The notes under the pieces are model-generated. The model was not told the DNA's origin. It saw only the letters and a program-made list of their open reading frames with translations, and did no database searches. Made by a program: the position numbers and the translations under genes. A stretch of DNA of 64,000 nt from a bacterium (GTDB taxonomy: Bacteria > Desulfobacterota > DSWW01). Where the stretch lies: the NCBI GenBank assembly GCA_040756235.1, contig JBFLZG010000103.1, forward strand, positions 1 through 64,000. Direction: 5' to 3'. This document shows positions 1 to 8,967 of the stretch, piece by piece. Each line of letters opens with the position of its first letter. The first letter of the stretch is position 1.

Positions 1-12
1 TCACCTGCTTGC

Positions 13-137
13 GTCATTCCGGCGTAGGGCGCAGTCCATTCCCAGTTCTTTTCCGTCACCCCGGCGAAGGCCGGGGTCCAGTCCGTGCTCCTTCTCATTG
101 CAGGGGTTCCTCGGGTCGCCTTCTGGATTCCCGGGAC
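13..137. repeat. REP/dRS3-like palindromic repeats (GTCAYYCCGGCGMAGGCCGG..TCCAG family)
   Basis: gtcattccggcg at 13 and gtcaccccggcgaaggccggggtccag at 55-81, followed by ctggattccc; same family recurs at 2181, 2943, 3094, 3189, 4433, 62736. Confidence 0.75.
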
Positions 138-216
138 GGGCGCAGCATGCAGCGCCACTGCAAGGCTGCGCGAAAGCGCCTCGGCCGGGACGACGAAGGA
201 TGCGGCCGGCCTTCAT

Positions 217-300
217 CCCTTCTCCCCTTGCCGAGGGGAGAAGGCCAGGATGAGGGGTGAATCTGCTCCTGTTTCCCCCTCACCCTGACCCTCTCCCCCG
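217..300. repeat. CCCTCACCC..CCCTCTCCC-type hairpin repeat
   Basis: cccttctcccc..ggggagaagg..gatgagggg then ccctcaccctgaccctctccc; related copies at 19268-19362 and ~39608-39647. Confidence 0.6.
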
Positions 301-302
301 TG

Positions 303-552
303 AGAGGCTGTTGAGAAACGGCCATCTGCGGCGTTGCGCTCATGGCGCGGCATGGAGGCGGGGGAGCCTGCCCCGGCGAAGGCCGGGGTCATTGCGGCGT
401 ACTATCATGTACGCCTCATTCCTCAGGATTTGACTCGGGCCGTCCATGGCCCTCGCCCCGCGGGCGCATCATCCTGCCGGATGATGCGTCCAATTCCGCT
501 GTCCTGCGGAATTGTCGCGCGCCTTGCATCTGGCCATTTCTCAACAGCCTCT
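303..552. mobile_element. MITE-like element, family A, long form
   Basis: 16-bp perfect terminal inverted repeats agaggctgttgagaaa / tttctcaacagcctct; no transposase; related copies at 2759, 8966, 50310. Confidence 0.75.
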
Positions 553-845
553 CCAGAGGGTGTTTTTCGACACCCTGTGCACGGGGCCGAGACATGCGCC
601 CCCTCTTCATCTCTTCTCACCTCGCTGCCTCTCACTCGGCATCCCGCCCTTTGTCAGTCAGGGTGACAATTCACGGCAGTTCCGGCTGTGTCGGCTCGTA
701 CCCTTTTTCACAGTGGGCTCGGCCCGGGCGCCGTGGGCCGCGCCCGCCTGCAGTCCTGTAACAACGGGATATTTCGTCGAAAAGCAACGGTACTCCGGTC
801 CTGATCCTGTCCCTGCCGGGCTCTCGGGATAGGCCCCGCAAGAGT

Positions 846-862
846 CCGGCATATCGCTTGCA
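846..862 (+). promoter_or_regulatory. sigma54 (-24/-12) promoter of pilA
   Basis: ccGGcatatcgcttGCa = GG-N10-GC with TTGC -12 box, ~145 bp upstream of pilA; a sigma54 activator is encoded at 6523. Confidence 0.75.
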
Positions 863-1006
863 CCGGGTCGGCCTCAAAGCACGCGAGCCGAAAAAAATCG
901 TTGAGGAAAGGAGGTGAGAGACCGATCCGAAAGAACGAGGGGGCAGGTGAATGAGGTGCTTTGGAAATCTCGGTAGAAAGAAATCCAACGACAGGAGGTA
1001 TCCAAG

Positions 1007-1492
1007 ATGTTGAGCAGACTTCGCAACCGCAAAGGCTTCACCCTGATCGAGCTCATGATCGTCGTGGCCATCATCGGCATCCTGGCCGCGATCGCCATCC
1101 CGAACTACCTCGGTATGCAGAAGAAGGCCAAGATCCGTGCCGTCAGCGAGGCGGGCGCCTCTCTCAAGAGCGAGCTGCAGAGCTGGATGGCGGCCATTTC
1201 GGACGCCGAGGACGGAGTGGTCGACTTCGACAACGACGGCGACGTCGATGCGGCGGATGACGGAATGAGACCCGTAACTCTTAACCTGATCCAGCCCCTC
1301 TGGGACAACAGCTACGTAAACGAAATCAGCCCCTGGAACGGTGGCCCGCTCTACGACACGACTGCAATAGCAGGTGACGGCCAGATTGCCATCGTTTGTA
1401 CCAACGTTCCTGCGACCTGCACCGTCACGGGCTGGGACAATGATCCTGCAAACCTCACGCCTCTCTTTCAGGACACCGTCTCTGTCGAGTAA
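1007..1492 (+). CDS. pilA: Type IVa major pilin
   Basis: Class III signal RNRKG|FTLIELMIVVAIIGILAAIAIP, E5, P22, RBS aggagg, C-terminal Cys pair. Confidence 0.9.
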   Translation: MLSRLRNRKGFTLIELMIVVAIIGILAAIAIPNYLGMQKKAKIRAVSEAGASLKSELQSWMAAISDAEDGVVDFDNDGDVDAADDGMRPVTLNLIQPLWDNSYVNEISPWNGGPLYDTTAIAGDGQIAIVCTNVPATCTVTGWDNDPANLTPLFQDTVSVE

Positions 1493-1514
1493 GAAGGTAT
1501 GACGCAACCCACTC

Positions 1515-1550
1515 CCTGCACCTGGACCTCTCCGGAGGTCCAGGTGCAGG
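1515..1550 (+). terminator. Strong hairpin after pilA (terminator/attenuator or mRNA stabiliser)
   Basis: Perfect 16-bp stem cctgcacctggacctc-tccg-gaggtccaggtgcagg; no clear U-tract. Confidence 0.6.
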
Positions 1551-1584
1551 ACCGCTCCTTCGCACTGCGTAAGGCTCGAAGAGC

Positions 1585-2115
1585 ATGAACGGCGACACCA
1601 AGAGGGAGATCCGGCTCGTCGAGTGGATGGTGGTGGCGGCGGTGGCGGGCATTCTGTCCTCGATCGCCATGCCGAACTACCTGGGCATCCAGCGCCGCCT
1701 TCGGGCCGAATCGCTGGTGTCGCGGGCGGGCGCAGCCAGCGGAGAGCTGCTCCAGTGGATCGACGCCTCGCTGCGTGAAGCGCGCTTCGCCGTCGACACG
1801 GACGGCGACGGCGATCTCAGGGACGAGGAGCGGCCCCTCGACAACGCACGGGTGCTGCAGGCTTTCACGAAACTGTACAACGAGAAGTTCGCCAACGTGA
1901 GCCCGTTGACCCGGGAGCCGCTCTTTGCGGTCGAGCTGCCGGAGACGCGGCCGGACCGCTGCACCAGAGACGGCCGGATCCATCTCATCCCCCTCAGCGC
2001 AGCGGACGGACGCACCCTGGGGGCCCAGCTCGTGGTGACGAACAGCGCCTTTGAAGGCGGGCCCCGCGACGATGGCGTCCTCGCTTCCTTCCGCGCCTAT
2101 GCGGGGGAGCCTTAA
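1585..2115 (+). CDS. PilA paralog with non-canonical prepilin cleavage site
   Basis: KRE|IRLVEWMVVAAVAGILSSIAMPNYLG aligns with pilA; shared motifs ELxxW, VDxDxDGD, SP..PL, DGxI. Confidence 0.8.
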   Translation: MNGDTKREIRLVEWMVVAAVAGILSSIAMPNYLGIQRRLRAESLVSRAGAASGELLQWIDASLREARFAVDTDGDGDLRDEERPLDNARVLQAFTKLYNEKFANVSPLTREPLFAVELPETRPDRCTRDGRIHLIPLSAADGRTLGAQLVVTNSAFEGGPRDDGVLASFRAYAGEP

Positions 2116-2180
2116 GCGCTGTTGTCTTTGATTGGATGCGGGCGACACATGCGTCGTCCCTACAGGAGATCGCTCTTTCC

Positions 2181-2280
2181 GTCATTCCGGCGCAGGCCGG
2201 AATCCAGTCCCTGTGTCCGGTTCTTGGTGCAGGCTCCTGGATCCCGGCTCACACGCGCTCCGCAACTGGGCCGGGATGAC
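2181..2280. repeat. REP/dRS3-like inverted pair
   Basis: gtcattccggcgcaggccggaatccag ... ctggatcccggc ... gccgggatgac. Confidence 0.8.
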
Positions 2281-2304
2281 GAACCGGAGACCGGAGAATC
2301 TATC

Positions 2305-2715
2305 ATGAGTGAAAAACAGAGGGGCTTCTCTCTCATCGAGCTCATGATCGTCGTGACCATCATCGGCATCCTGGCGGCCATCGCCATCCCCTCGTACATG
2401 GGAATCCAGAAGAAGGCGCAACGGAGCGAGCTCAGGACCAACCTGGCGACCCTCCGGCTCCTGGAGGAGAAGCGCTTCGCGGAGCGGGGCACCTACATCG
2501 CGGGCGCCACCACCGATGCCCTGGTCCTCGCTATTCCTGATTTCAAGCCGGGGGATACGGCGAGGCTCCGGTACGATTACAGCGTGGCGCTCACAGGCCC
2601 GCCGCCGGGTTTCACGGCCACCGCCACGGGCAAGGCGGGCACCCGGGATCAGGGGTTCGTCTGCAGCATCGATCAGGACAACGTGGATAATCCGTCCGGG
2701 TGCGTTCGGCCATAG
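2305..2715 (+). CDS. PilE-like type IV minor pilin
   Basis: MSEKQRG|FSLIELMIVVTIIGILAAIAIPSY; C-terminal FTATATG and Cys pair typical of PilE/ComP-like pilins. Confidence 0.85.
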   Translation: MSEKQRGFSLIELMIVVTIIGILAAIAIPSYMGIQKKAQRSELRTNLATLRLLEEKRFAERGTYIAGATTDALVLAIPDFKPGDTARLRYDYSVALTGPPPGFTATATGKAGTRDQGFVCSIDQDNVDNPSGCVRP

Positions 2716-2758
2716 CTCGCCGCCCCAAGGCAGAGCCTGTCCAAACAGGCTCGATTTC

Positions 2759-2885
2759 AGAGGCTGTTCAAGAATGCCCAGATGCAAGACGCACGAAATC
2801 CTGAGGAACGAGGCGTACATAGAAGTACGCCGCAGGGACGAAGGATGAGTGCAACGCCGCAGATGGGCGTTTTGGGACAGCCTCT
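2759..2885 (-). mobile_element. MITE-like element, family A, short form
   Basis: agaggctgt ... acagcctct ends; interior is approximately the reverse complement of 8966-9092. Confidence 0.7.
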
Positions 2886-2888
2886 AAG

Positions 2889-2917
2889 GTAAGGGCAGGT
2901 TTGAAACCTGCCCCTAC
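2889..2917. repeat. GTAG-type REP (gtaRgggcaggtttgaaacctgcccctac)
   Basis: Palindrome, also at 18199-18227 and 18401-18428. Confidence 0.75.
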
Positions 2918-2942
2918 AGCCCTCCGAAACCCGGCTCTTCCC

Positions 2943-3335
2943 GTCATTCCGGCGCACCCCGGACCAGGTCCGGGGCAGGGGCCCAGTCCGTGCTCCTCGT
3001 GGGGTCAGCCGCTATGGATGCTGGCTCCTGGATCCCGGCTCACGCGCTTCGCACATGGGCCGGGATGACCAAGACGCGAGACGCCCCTTTCCCGTCATTC
3101 CGGCGCAGGAGGGTGTGTCATAAATCCAATCAGACCCTCGTGCGACCACTCATTCCGGAGGACTCGGAGGCGTGGCCGCATGATTTCCGTCATTCCGGCG
3201 AAGGCCGGAATCCAGTCTCCAGTTACCACAGCTGGTCTTGGTGCACCCTCCTGGATCCCGGCTCACGCGCTTCGCGCATGGGCCGGGATGACGAATTGTG
3301 ACACAGCCTCGAAGGCCGGAATCCAGTCCCTGCTC
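2943..3335. repeat. Cluster of REP/dRS3-like repeats containing a nested MITE
   Basis: Units at 2943-3069, 3094-3108 plus 3311-3335 (split), and 3189-3292. Confidence 0.75.
3109..3310. mobile_element. MITE-like element inserted in the loop of a REP palindrome
   Basis: Imperfect TIRs gagggtgtgtcataaatc / gaattgtgacacagcctc, flanked by gcag / gaag; removal restores gtcattccggcgMaggccggaatccag. Confidence 0.65.
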
Positions 3336-3526
3336 CTCGTGATTGCAGGCGGTTCGTGATTCGGCTTCCGGATCAGGGAAAAACCTGGGCAGCGGCGCCC
3401 CTCCGAGCCTCACTTGCAGTTTTTGCGGCGTTCCGTTAGTGATCTTTGGGCACTCGGGTTCCGGCCGTGGGGGTCAGGCTCGAAACCTGCTCCACCCGTT
3501 CGCCGGGTCATGGGAGGAGGGATCTG

Positions 3527-4324
3527 TTGACGGACCTGTTCGATGGCTCCCAACCCGTTTTCGACGCCGCTGCCGTGGTGCTCGGCCTCGTCATCGGCAG
3601 CTTCCTGAACGTGTGCATTTACCGTCTGCCCCGCGACCTTTCCGTCGTGGGGCCCCGCTCCCTCTGTCCGGCCTGCGCAAAGCTCATCCGCTGGTACGAC
3701 AACATCCCCCTCGTGAGTTATCTCTGGCTGCGAGGGAGGTGCCGGAGCTGCGGCGCTTCCATCTCGCTGCGCTACCCGCTCGTGGAGGCGGCCACGGCGG
3801 TCGTTTCGTGGCTCTGCATGCGGAGGTTCGGCCCGGGCTGGGAGTACGCCGTTTATTTCCTGTATTCCGCCGCACTGCTCGCGGTGAGCGTGATCGATTT
3901 GGACCATCGGATCATCCCGGACGAGATCAGCCTTCCCGGGGCTGCGGCCGGCCTGCTGCTGGCCGCGCTGACGCCCCTCAACGGGTTCCTCGACTCTCTG
4001 ATCGGCGCCCTGATCGGCGGCGGATTTCTCCTCGTGGTGGGCCTGGCCTATGAGGGCCTGAGGAAACAGGAAGGGATCGGCGGCGGCGACATCAAGCTCC
4101 TGGCCATGGTCGGAGCGTTCACCGGATGGAAGGGCGCCCTGTTCACCATCTTCGGGGGCTCCCTGATCGCTTCCATCCTGGGCATCGCCCTCATGATCGC
4201 CCGCCGCGCCGACGGCAAGCTGCCCATTCCCTTCGGCCCCTTTCTGTCGGCCGCCTCGTTCGTCTACATCCTCGCGGGCCGGCAGGTGCTGGACGCGTAC
4301 TGGGCCTGGATCCACGGAAGCTAG
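3527..4324 (+). CDS. pilD: Prepilin peptidase / N-methyltransferase
   Basis: GSFLNVCIYRLP, two CxxC motifs, YPLVE, GGGDIKL, IPFGPFL; TTG start after ggaggagg. Confidence 0.95.
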   Translation: MTDLFDGSQPVFDAAAVVLGLVIGSFLNVCIYRLPRDLSVVGPRSLCPACAKLIRWYDNIPLVSYLWLRGRCRSCGASISLRYPLVEAATAVVSWLCMRRFGPGWEYAVYFLYSAALLAVSVIDLDHRIIPDEISLPGAAAGLLLAALTPLNGFLDSLIGALIGGGFLLVVGLAYEGLRKQEGIGGGDIKLLAMVGAFTGWKGALFTIFGGSLIASILGIALMIARRADGKLPIPFGPFLSAASFVYILAGRQVLDAYWAWIHGS

Positions 4325-4596
4325 CGCGGCCCTTTACCCACAAGTCGGCCCAGCACGGACGCAACGCGAAATCCAGCTCGAACCGCCATTCGGGAGGACC
4401 GGGGAGCGGACCGCCGCGCTTTCCTCAGTTCCGTCACCCCGGCGCAGGCCGGGGTCCAGTCCCTGCTCCGCGTGATGACACCTCCGTTCCCTTGTGCAGA
4501 CTGCTGGATCCCGGCTCGCACGCGCTACGCGGCGGGGCCGGGATGACGGACAGAGTCAGTGTGATCTTCAGATTGACTTGTGGGTAATGCGCAGAG
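4325..4596. mobile_element. MITE-like element, family B (carries a REP pair)
   Basis: Inverted ends with core ttacccacaagtc / gacttgtgggtaa; CTAG on both sides; near-identical copy at 62627-62900. Confidence 0.8.
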
Positions 4597-4829
4597 CTAG
4601 CACCCCGGCGAAAACGCCCGTCAGCGCAGCCTGTTCCGAGCAAGGCAAGGCGACCCTCCCGGCAACATCATTCCTAAACTTTTTTCCTTCCGTGTCCGAA
4701 AGTAGAGCAGGCGTTGGGCCCTTCATCCTTCGGGCGCAGGGGACGCTCGCTGCCCGAGGCCGGACGGGCCCGTCCTGACGGGCCGGACCACGCGCCCGGC
4801 CGGACGCAGGATCCGGAAAGGAGACGCAG

Positions 4830-6548
4830 GTGGCGGGAGAAGGCGGTTCAGGGTGGATCTTTCGTCTCCAAGGTCTCCGGTCGGAGATCCTCGGAAACCT
4901 GACCGTGGTATCCCTGTTCGCCCTGATGCTTGCCGGAATCGGGGTGTGGTGCATCCATCAGCATCAACTGATCGCGCAGAGCCTGCTCCGCGGGAGCCAG
5001 CTCCTCGAGTCCCTGCAGGAGGAAATCGTCGATGCCCTTGCCCGCGATCCCGGCGCGGATCCCTGGCTCGCTGAGCCGAGCAGGGAGCAGGTGCAGCGTC
5101 TGCTCGATCGCTGCCGGGAAAGAGAGCCGGAGCTGCGGCTCGTCCTGGTCGATTCCCGCTTGCGCGTGCGCGCCGCCTCCGGTGCGGCCGCCCCGGAGGA
5201 GATGGCGAAACACAAGACCTTGTCCCTCGCCCTCGGCCGGCGGGGGCTGAGCACGAGCTTGAAAGGGAACCCCTATCTCAACGACAAGCGCCTGGAGGCC
5301 TCCCTGGCCCTGCCCCTCGAGCGGCACGGCAAGCTCGAAGGAGGCATCCTCGCCTCGCTCCCGCTGGACGAGGTGCACGCGAACTCGCGCCAGCTCGCCC
5401 GGTTCATCGTGGTGTACCTGGGCGCAGGCACGCTGGTGCTGCTCTTCTTCGGCACGATCCTCATCTCCCGTGCCATTGTCCGGCCGCTGGAGAAGATGAC
5501 CGGTGTCATGGAGCGCGTGGCCGAGGGCGACCTCGATCAGGTGGTCCAGGTCTCCGGGGAGAACGAGATGAGCCGGCTCGCGGAGACCTTCAATCGCATG
5601 GCCGCGAAGCTCAAGGCGCAGCAAAAAACGCTGAACCGGCATGTGCTGGCTCTGCGGCAGATGAACCACGAGCTCAAGCGGACCCAGCAGGAAGTCATCC
5701 AGTCCGAGAAGCTGGCCTCGGTCGGGTTGCTGGCCGCCGGGCTGGCCCACGAGATCGGCAACCCCCTGAGCGCGATCCTCGGCTACATCGGCATGTTGAA
5801 AGAGGGGATCGAGAGCCCCGAGGAGAGGATCGAGTGCCTGAATCGATCCGAGAGGGAGGTCTATCGGATCCACCGGATCGTCAAGGACCTGCAGGAGTAC
5901 TCGAGACCCGACCTCGGCCAGGTGCGGCTCCTCCACCTGAACCAGGTGATTGGCGACACCGTCGGTCTCGTGTCCCGGCAGCGCGAGTTCCGGGAGATCG
6001 TCTTCGACGTGCGGCTGGGCGACGAGAGGACCGCGGTGCGCGCCGACGCGGGACAGCTCCAGCAGGTGCTCGTAAACCTTTTCCTCAATGCCAAGGATGC
6101 GCTCGGCGGCCGCGGCCGGATCCGGGTGATTTCCAGGAAGACATCTTTCGCCCTTCCCGAGGACGCTGCGCGCTCGTCACCGGCGCGGAGAAAAGACGAC
6201 CCCGGCGGCGTCGATTTCCGCCTGCTCCGCAAGGACGACCCGGGCCGGCGCCAGCCGTTCCTGGAAGGCCAGGAGCTGATCGAGGTCGAGGTCCGGGACG
6301 AAGGCGCCGGCATCCCGCCGGAGCACCTTCAGCGGGTGTTCGATCCCTTCTTCACCACCAAGGAGGTCGGCAAGGGGACCGGGCTGGGGCTTTCCGTCAG
6401 CCAGAGAATCATCGAGGCGTTTCACGGCGACATCCGCATCGAAAGCCGGCTCGGCGAGGGAACCCTGGTGCGGGTCCGGCTGCCCATTGCCGAGGAAGAC
6501 CAGATCGAGGAGATACCGAAGGATGAGAAGGAATGTGCTCATCGTTGA
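4830..6548 (+). CDS. HAMP sensor histidine kinase (PilS/NtrB type)
   Basis: Two TM segments, HAMP, EKLASVGLLAAGLAHEIGNPL H-box, [14 protein letters not shown]. Confidence 0.92.
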   Translation: MAGEGGSGWIFRLQGLRSEILGNLTVVSLFALMLAGIGVWCIHQHQLIAQSLLRGSQLLESLQEEIVDALARDPGADPWLAEPSREQVQRLLDRCREREPELRLVLVDSRLRVRAASGAAAPEEMAKHKTLSLALGRRGLSTSLKGNPYLNDKRLEASLALPLERHGKLEGGILASLPLDEVHANSRQLARFIVVYLGAGTLVLLFFGTILISRAIVRPLEKMTGVMERVAEGDLDQVVQVSGENEMSRLAETFNRMAAKLKAQQKTLNRHVLALRQMNHELKRTQQEVIQSEKLASVGLLAAGLAHEIGNPLSAILGYIGMLKEGIESPEERIECLNRSEREVYRIHRIVKDLQEYSRPDLGQVRLLHLNQVIGDTVGLVSRQREFREIVFDVRLGDERTAVRADAGQLQQVLVNLFLNAKDALGGRGRIRVISRKTSFALPEDAARSSPARRKDDPGGVDFRLLRKDDPGRRQPFLEGQELIEVEVRDEGAGIPPEHLQRVFDPFFTTKEVGKGTGLGLSVSQRIIEAFHGDIRIESRLGEGTLVRVRLPIAEEDQIEEIPKDEKECAHR

Positions 6549-7944
6549 CGACGAGGAGGGCATGCGCCACATGCTCTCGACCCTGCTCGGCAAGCACGGC
6601 TACGAGCGGGACGCGGCGGCCGGTGCAGAAGAGGCTCTCGGGCTTCTGCAAAAACAAGCCTTCGACATCATCCTGTGCGACATCCGCATGCCGGGAATGA
6701 ACGGCATGCAGTTTCTCCAGAAGATGTCGGAGGAGAAACTTCAAGGCGCGACCGTGATCATGATGTCGGCCTACGGGACGCTCGACGATGCGATCCAGGC
6801 CATGAAGATGGGCGCCTATGACTACATCTCGAAGCCGTTCAAGCCGGACGAAATCCTGCTCACCTTGAAGAAGGCCGAAGAGCGAGAGCGGCTGCGCAAG
6901 GAGAACCTCCTCCTCCGGCAGGAAGTGCACAAGGAGTACGGCTTCGAAAACATCGTGGCCAAGAGTGCGCTCATGCTGCGGATCTTCGAGACGATCCGCA
7001 AGGTGTCGGACTACAAGTCGACGGTGCTCATCAATGGCGAGAGCGGCACCGGCAAGGAGCTCATCGCCAAGGCGATCCACTACAACAGCGACCGCAGCAG
7101 CGGTCCGATGGTGGCGATCAACTGCGGAGCCATACCGGACAACCTTCTCGAGAGCGAGCTCTTCGGCCACGTGCGCGGCGCCTTCACCGACGCCACCCGA
7201 AACAAGAAGGGACTGTTCGAGGAAGCCCACGAAGGGACGCTTTTCCTGGACGAGATCGGCGAGCTGCCGAAGTTCCTGCAGGTCAAGATTCTTCGGGCCC
7301 TCCAGGATTCGGAGATCCGCAAGGTGGGCGACACGCGCTCCGCCAAGGTGGACGTCCGGATCATCGCGGCCACCGTGAAAGACCTCGCCCGGGAGGTCGA
7401 AAAAGGCGAGTTCCGGGAGGACCTCTACTACCGGCTGAACGTCATTCCGATCCACGTGCCTCCTCTGCGGGAGCGCCGCGAAGACATCCCGCTGCTCGTC
7501 CAGCACTTCATCCAGAAGTACAACGGGAGAATGGGGGTCCTGGTTCAGGGTATTTCGGCCGATGCCTTGAATGCCCTGATGGGGTACCCGTGGCTGGGCA
7601 ATGTCCGGGAGCTCGAGAACACGATCGAGCGGGCCATGGTCCTGAGCGAATCGGCCCAGATCCAGCTGGAGCATCTGCCCGAGCGCATCGCCGAGTACAA
7701 GTCGTTGCAGGCCGCCCACCTTCCGGGCAACGAGCTCTCCATCAAGAAGGCGACCCGGACCATCGAGAAGGACCTGATCCGCAAGGCCCTGATCAAGACG
7801 GGCGGGAACCGGACGCACGCGGCCCGGCTCCTGGAGATCAGCCACCGCACGCTCCTCTACAAGATCGAAGAGTACGGGCTGCAATCCGAGCCCCACGGAT
7901 CCGAGAGGAGAGGGTCGCCTGCGCAGGACGCGCTCCAGCCGTAG
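6523..7944 (+). CDS. Sigma54-dependent response regulator (PilR/NtrC type)
   Basis: Receiver domain, GESGTGKE, GAFTDA, WLGNVREL, Fis-type HTH. Confidence 0.95.
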   Translation: MRRNVLIVDDEEGMRHMLSTLLGKHGYERDAAAGAEEALGLLQKQAFDIILCDIRMPGMNGMQFLQKMSEEKLQGATVIMMSAYGTLDDAIQAMKMGAYDYISKPFKPDEILLTLKKAEERERLRKENLLLRQEVHKEYGFENIVAKSALMLRIFETIRKVSDYKSTVLINGESGTGKELIAKAIHYNSDRSSGPMVAINCGAIPDNLLESELFGHVRGAFTDATRNKKGLFEEAHEGTLFLDEIGELPKFLQVKILRALQDSEIRKVGDTRSAKVDVRIIAATVKDLAREVEKGEFREDLYYRLNVIPIHVPPLRERREDIPLLVQHFIQKYNGRMGVLVQGISADALNALMGYPWLGNVRELENTIERAMVLSESAQIQLEHLPERIAEYKSLQAAHLPGNELSIKKATRTIEKDLIRKALIKTGGNRTHAARLLEISHRTLLYKIEEYGLQSEPHGSERRGSPAQDALQP

Positions 7945-8334
7945 CGTGCGTCGTGGGGGGGCGCTGCTTGCGGCGCCCGAATGACTTGCGCAAAGAGCAG
8001 CCCAGCGCTTCTGTGAAGAGAGCCTGACAGATCGTCTTCACCATTCACGGTCCGTGATTCCGGCCGGTGCGCCGGAGCCTTCCGCATCCGATCCCCGGCC
8101 GCCGGTCTCTCCTGTGATCGGACGTGCACGAAATCTCCCCGTTCGTCCCGAGCCTTCGCCGGACGCTGGTACCCGAGACCGGTGCGCCGACGCGCCCAAA
8201 TGCCTGGCACGACTGGGCCTCCTCCGTTCGAACGGACCGGGGCCCGAAGCTGGTCCGGGGTTTGCTCCCGGTCTCCTCGGGACGGCCATGCAGTCGTCGA
8301 TCGGGGAATCCGCAGGGGAGGGCGCGCCATCCGG

Positions 8335-8967
8335 ATGCGTGCATGCAGGCAGAGAGACTCTGATGCGCGGGACTCGACCGCCGCGGCCGGCGGCTCACTG
8401 GCCGAGCTCGTCGTGGGCCTGGCGCTCGTGGGACTGCTCGGAGCCGTGGGAGGGCACGCACTTCACGAGACGATCCCGTCCGCACGGTGCGACCGGGCGA
8501 TCCGCGGGATCGGGTCGCTGCTGGAGTGGGCGCGCTGGCGCGCGGTGCAGGAGGCCGCCTCTCACAAGATCGCGCTGGACCCGGTCCAGAACTGCTTGAC
8601 CGTCTACCGGGAGAAGGAGACCGAGACCGGGCGGATCGAGGAACGCGTCGGGGGTCTGGACCTCCCGAAGGAGTACCCGGGAGTGGTGCTGGGAGCGGCA
8701 GAGGGGGTGCCCAGAACATCGGGGTGCGCTTCGGTGGATGCGACGGGAATTCACTTCGCGCACCGATATCTGCGCTTTCTCCCAACCGGCAGCGCCGACC
8801 GCTGCGGCTCGCTGTACCTGATCCCCGCGCGAGATCTGCCGGGGCGGAAGGACCGGATGCGCGCGATCTCGGTCATCCTGGCCACCGGCCGCGTGCAGAT
8901 GTGGGCCTTCGATCCCCTGGCCGAGTCGCCGTGTGGTGGACTGGGCGCCTGGCACCCTCTGTTCTAG
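8335..8967 (+). CDS. FimT/FimU (GspH-like) minor pilin, set 1; start uncertain
   Basis: AGG|SLAELVVGLALVGLL with E5, ARWRAV, RFLPTG, GSLYL, TGRV. Confidence 0.7.
   Translation: MRACRQRDSDARDSTAAAGGSLAELVVGLALVGLLGAVGGHALHETIPSARCDRAIRGIGSLLEWARWRAVQEAASHKIALDPVQNCLTVYREKETETGRIEERVGGLDLPKEYPGVVLGAAEGVPRTSGCASVDATGIHFAHRYLRFLPTGSADRCGSLYLIPARDLPGRKDRMRAISVILATGRVQMWAFDPLAESPCGGLGAWHPLF

Noticed and set aside
1..832. Short ORFs in the first 830 bp and in other repeat clusters (2757-3413, 4321-4778, 62397-62900)
   Set aside because: They translate repeat/MITE sequence, and the same peptides recur at each repeat copy
1007..1492. Geobacter-type conductive short pilin
   Set aside because: Mature pilin is ~151 aa with a full head and is not notably aromatic-rich in the N-terminal helix
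1007..2715. Silent pilin cassettes for antigenic variation or a diversity-generating retroelement
   Set aside because: All three pilins have their own N-termini and are too divergent; no template/variable repeat pair or reverse transcriptase seen
8207..8220. sigma54 promoter TGGCACgactgGGC before minor-pilin set 1
   Set aside because: GG-to-GC spacing is 9, not 10
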